DNA of 64,000 nucleotides from a virus (Duplodnaviria; Caudoviricetes): IMG/VR virus record IMGVR_UViG_2690315807_000002, positions 7,479 to 71,478 of that record; one strand, 5' to 3'. Shown piece by piece: positions 61,318 to 64,000 of this stretch (position 1 is its first letter; each line of letters starts with the position of its first letter). The notes under the pieces were generated by a model. It saw only the letters and a program-made list of their open reading frames with translations, ran no database searches and was not told where the DNA came from. The position numbers and the translations under genes were made by a program.

Positions 61318-62106
61318 TTGAAACAGATGACTTTTAAAATGAAATACACTATCAAGCAACGATATCTGCCTAACAATACCAAGAGACGTTCCGGTATCAA
61401 GAATCAAGGAATTAGCTTTATCGTGGCACACGATACAGGTAACGATGGAAGTACAGCGGCAGGTAATGTGAACTACTACATGAATTCCGCTAATGTCCAA
61501 AGTGCATCGGCGCATACCTTTATCGATGATAAAGTAATCATTGAGTGTGTGCCCCTCACAGAGAAGGCTTGGCATGTCCTTTACAACGTAAAGACTGACA
61601 ATGATCTTTACGGATTCGATTCTAATGATCGTGCCATCGGCGTAGAACTTTGTTACTCCAATAAGAAGGGTAGCATTAATAACACAGAGTCTTACAAGCG
61701 TTACGTTTGGTACATGGCATACCTCTGTAACAAGTTCAAACTGGATCCTCTGAAATGTATCTCAGGACACAACGAACTTGACCCCAATCGTAAGAGCGAC
61801 CCTTACAAGAACGCCTTGAAGATTATGGGCATAAGCAAGACGAAATTTCTGAATGACGTGGTAGCGGAATTTAAGGATTGCACTACGACTCAAGTAAATG
61901 TACCACAAAATACAGTATCGGGGGATGACGAACCAATGAAACTTGATAAATGGGCGGTAGACATGCTCGTGAACGCACTGACTAATTTTAAGGCTAAGGG
62001 CTACTTTACAGACGAAGCTTGGATCACTAAAGCTAAGAACGGGACTCTGACAGCCGCAGAACTAGCGTTTCTGAATACCATTCTGATTGCCAAGGCGGTG
62101 AAGTAA
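61318..62106 (+). CDS. Endolysin, N-acetylmuramoyl-L-alanine amidase (Amidase_2)
   Basis: IVAHDT, SAHTFID, AWH, IGVELC, GHNELDP...KSDP zinc-amidase motifs. Confidence 0.9.
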   Translation: MKQMTFKMKYTIKQRYLPNNTKRRSGIKNQGISFIVAHDTGNDGSTAAGNVNYYMNSANVQSASAHTFIDDKVIIECVPLTEKAWHVLYNVKTDNDLYGFDSNDRAIGVELCYSNKKGSINNTESYKRYVWYMAYLCNKFKLDPLKCISGHNELDPNRKSDPYKNALKIMGISKTKFLNDVVAEFKDCTTTQVNVPQNTVSGDDEPMKLDKWAVDMLVNALTNFKAKGYFTDEAWITKAKNGTLTAAELAFLNTILIAKAVK

Positions 62107-62107
62107 T

Positions 62108-62407
62108 ATGGTTACATTGAATGCAGTACTTACTACAGCCGTAGCCTCAGTTGGCTTGTGGTTGCTTTTGGCGGGCTTAACTGAAGCACTTACAGAAGTA
62201 GTTAAGGCAGTTCTCCCAATCAAGGATAGAGCTACATATGGTGTGTCAATCGTAGTTGGCGTTGGTTTAGCAATCTCATTCGGACTAAATCCATTCGGAC
62301 TGACCGGAATTTCCGCATACACATCTATGGTGGCTGCTGGATTGCTGGCATCACGCGGAGCGAACTACCTGAACGGTTGGTTGAAACGTTTTGGTATTCA
62401 TCTCTAA
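62108..62407 (+). CDS. Holin
   Basis: Three hydrophobic segments; GLLASRGANYL motif. Confidence 0.7.
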   Translation: MVTLNAVLTTAVASVGLWLLLAGLTEALTEVVKAVLPIKDRATYGVSIVVGVGLAISFGLNPFGLTGISAYTSMVAAGLLASRGANYLNGWLKRFGIHL

Positions 62408-62436
62408 GTGTTTACGGACAAAAATATGATCTCATT

Positions 62437-62461
62437 AAAAGTCGCTATTTAGCGGCTTTTT
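62437..62461 (+). terminator. Rho-independent terminator ending the lysis cassette
   Basis: AAAAGTCGCTA-tt-TAGCGGCTTTT. Confidence 0.7.
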
Positions 62462-62922
62462 CGTATTAATAGGTTAGTTACTAGTGACTGGAAAATTGCC
62501 GGATCTATGTGTTGTAATTATTACATTCACATGGCACTGATTTAAGATTAGACATCTATTCTTAGCCGCGCATCATTTGATTTTTTCTAGAATTGAAATC
62601 CAGTGAAGTATTAAGATCATATACATCATAATAGGGAATGTACGAGTAATGCATTCCCTGAGAAATAGAGCATTATTATAACGAATTCTAGAGTGTTGAT
62701 GCTTATGAACCAAACATTGTATTTATCAACCAATCTTTCAGCGAAGTAAGTTGGAATCTGGCACAATTATGCGATCTTTCACATCATAATAGTTCAATTA
62801 ATTAGAATATATGAAAAAAAACAGGTTCTTGATTTTCTTTCGCAATATGTAACTGAAACCGAGATTGTGCTAGGCTCTAACTACAAAAGAATTAAACGAT
62901 TATACGGAAGGGGACGGTTTAC

Positions 62923-63270
62923 TTGGATCAGGAACTTGCGGCTACGATCGCTATCGAATTCAAGAACAATCAGAAAGTGTTGAACGCAATCGGAGACGAG
63001 ACCCGGCAAGCCATTCTCATAACCTTGATTCAAGGGCAGCAAAACCCCGGCATGCGCGTAGATGAGATCAGAATGAAAACCCATCTATCCCGACCAACCG
63101 TATCACATCATCTGAAAATACTGAAAGAATCGCAGATTATAAGCGTTCATAAAGAAGGGACCCTCAACTATTACAGCCTGGACTCCGGAAGCAAGCTGAA
63201 ATTGTTGAAAAACCTGGTGAACGAAATAGAGAAGGTATTTTCCCAATGCGAAGAACAAACATCGGAATAA
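62923..63270 (+). CDS. ArsR/SmtB family transcriptional regulator
   Basis: AIGDETRQAIL...LSRPTVSHHLKIL...KEGTLNYYSL. Confidence 0.9.
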   Translation: MDQELAATIAIEFKNNQKVLNAIGDETRQAILITLIQGQQNPGMRVDEIRMKTHLSRPTVSHHLKILKESQIISVHKEGTLNYYSLDSGSKLKLLKNLVNEIEKVFSQCEEQTSE

Positions 63271-63301
63271 CGATAGGAAACACTGGGAGGGGGAGTTGTG
63301 A

Positions 63302-64000
63302 ATGAATCAGACAGTCGAAATGGCAAACGGAGTGCACATTCCTCAACTCGGTTTCGGATTATATAAGATTAAAGACGGGCAGGCCTTCGAGAGGACGGTC
63401 GAAGAGGCTATTCAAGTTGGTTATCGTCATTTCGATACGGTGAAAATTTACGGTTATGAAGGCCGGGTTATCCAAAAAAGTGGCATTCTTAGGGAGGAGT
63501 TTTTCATCACCTCCAAAGTGTGGACGACAGATCTCGGTTACCGTGCGACTAAAAAGGCGTTTCAGCAGACTTGCCAGAAACTGAACGTAACGTATCTCGA
63601 TATGTATTTGATTCATTTCGCCGGTCCACATTACATGAACTCCTGGAAAGTGATGGAAGAGTTATATGACGAAGATAAGATCAGAGTTATTGGTGTAGCC
63701 AATTTCGAGATCCGGCATCTGGAGCATCTCAAGAAGAATTCACGGATATCGCCGATGGTAAATCAGGTCGAGACCCATCCGGAATTTCCGCAACACGAAT
63801 TGCATGATTATATGGTTCGGAATCGGATTGTGCATGAGGCTTGGGGCCCGTTGGGCAGGGAAGCAAAGCACTTCTGGAGCATCCGGGGCTGGCAGCAATT
63901 GCCCTTCGTCATCAGAAAGCGGTTGCACAAGTCATTTTGCGCTGGCATTTGCAACGCGGAATTATCGTCATCCCCAAATCGTCGAATCTGCAAAAAATAA
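63302..64000 (+). pseudogene. Aldo/keto reductase with a frameshift near 63853 (runs off the window)
   Basis: IPQLGFGLY, GYRHFDT, TSKVW, YLIH, IGVANF; after WGPLG the AKR sequence (AQVILRWHLQRGIIVIPKS) continues in another frame. Confidence 0.75.

Larger units (their letters stand above)
1..62461 (+). mobile_element. Defective siphophage-derived element / candidate headless tail-like particle locus (left end outside the window)
   Basis: Co-oriented phage replication, tail and lysis genes; no head genes seen; broken recombinase; host-type genes begin after 62.9 kb. Confidence 0.85.

Noticed and set aside
62462-62920. attR site at the right border
   Set aside because: The left border is outside the window, so no direct-repeat pair can be identified; no tRNA seen

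Overview
Bacillota DNA (Paenibacillaceae-like, by inference) almost entirely occupied by a large siphophage-derived element (about 1-62.5 kb), followed by two host-type genes (ArsR regulator, frameshifted aldo/keto reductase). The left part (1-17.9 kb) is an AT-richer, partly decayed early/middle region. It still keeps two sigma factors, a gp32-like SSB, a family A DNA polymerase split by a structurally complete group I intron (3633-4140), thioredoxin, thymidine kinase and a lipoprotein lytic transglycosylase. The right part (17.9-59.6 kb) is an uninterrupted non-contractile tail module: tail tube, G/GT chaperones with a -1 frameshift, tape measure, SLH-bearing Dit-like proteins, an M23+3D Tal-like protein, and about 30 kb of baseplate/fibre genes ending in a 2838-aa adhesin. 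A pseudogenised tyrosine recombinase and an intact lysis cassette follow. No terminase, portal, capsid or sheath gene is recognisable, and the gene at the tail-terminator position is frameshifted. The best hypothesis is a domesticated, immobilised, headless tail-like particle (F-type tailocin-like) with its own sigma promoters, possible replication functions and a candidate tail-loaded zincin effector. All calls come from reading motifs by eye; no database searches were run.
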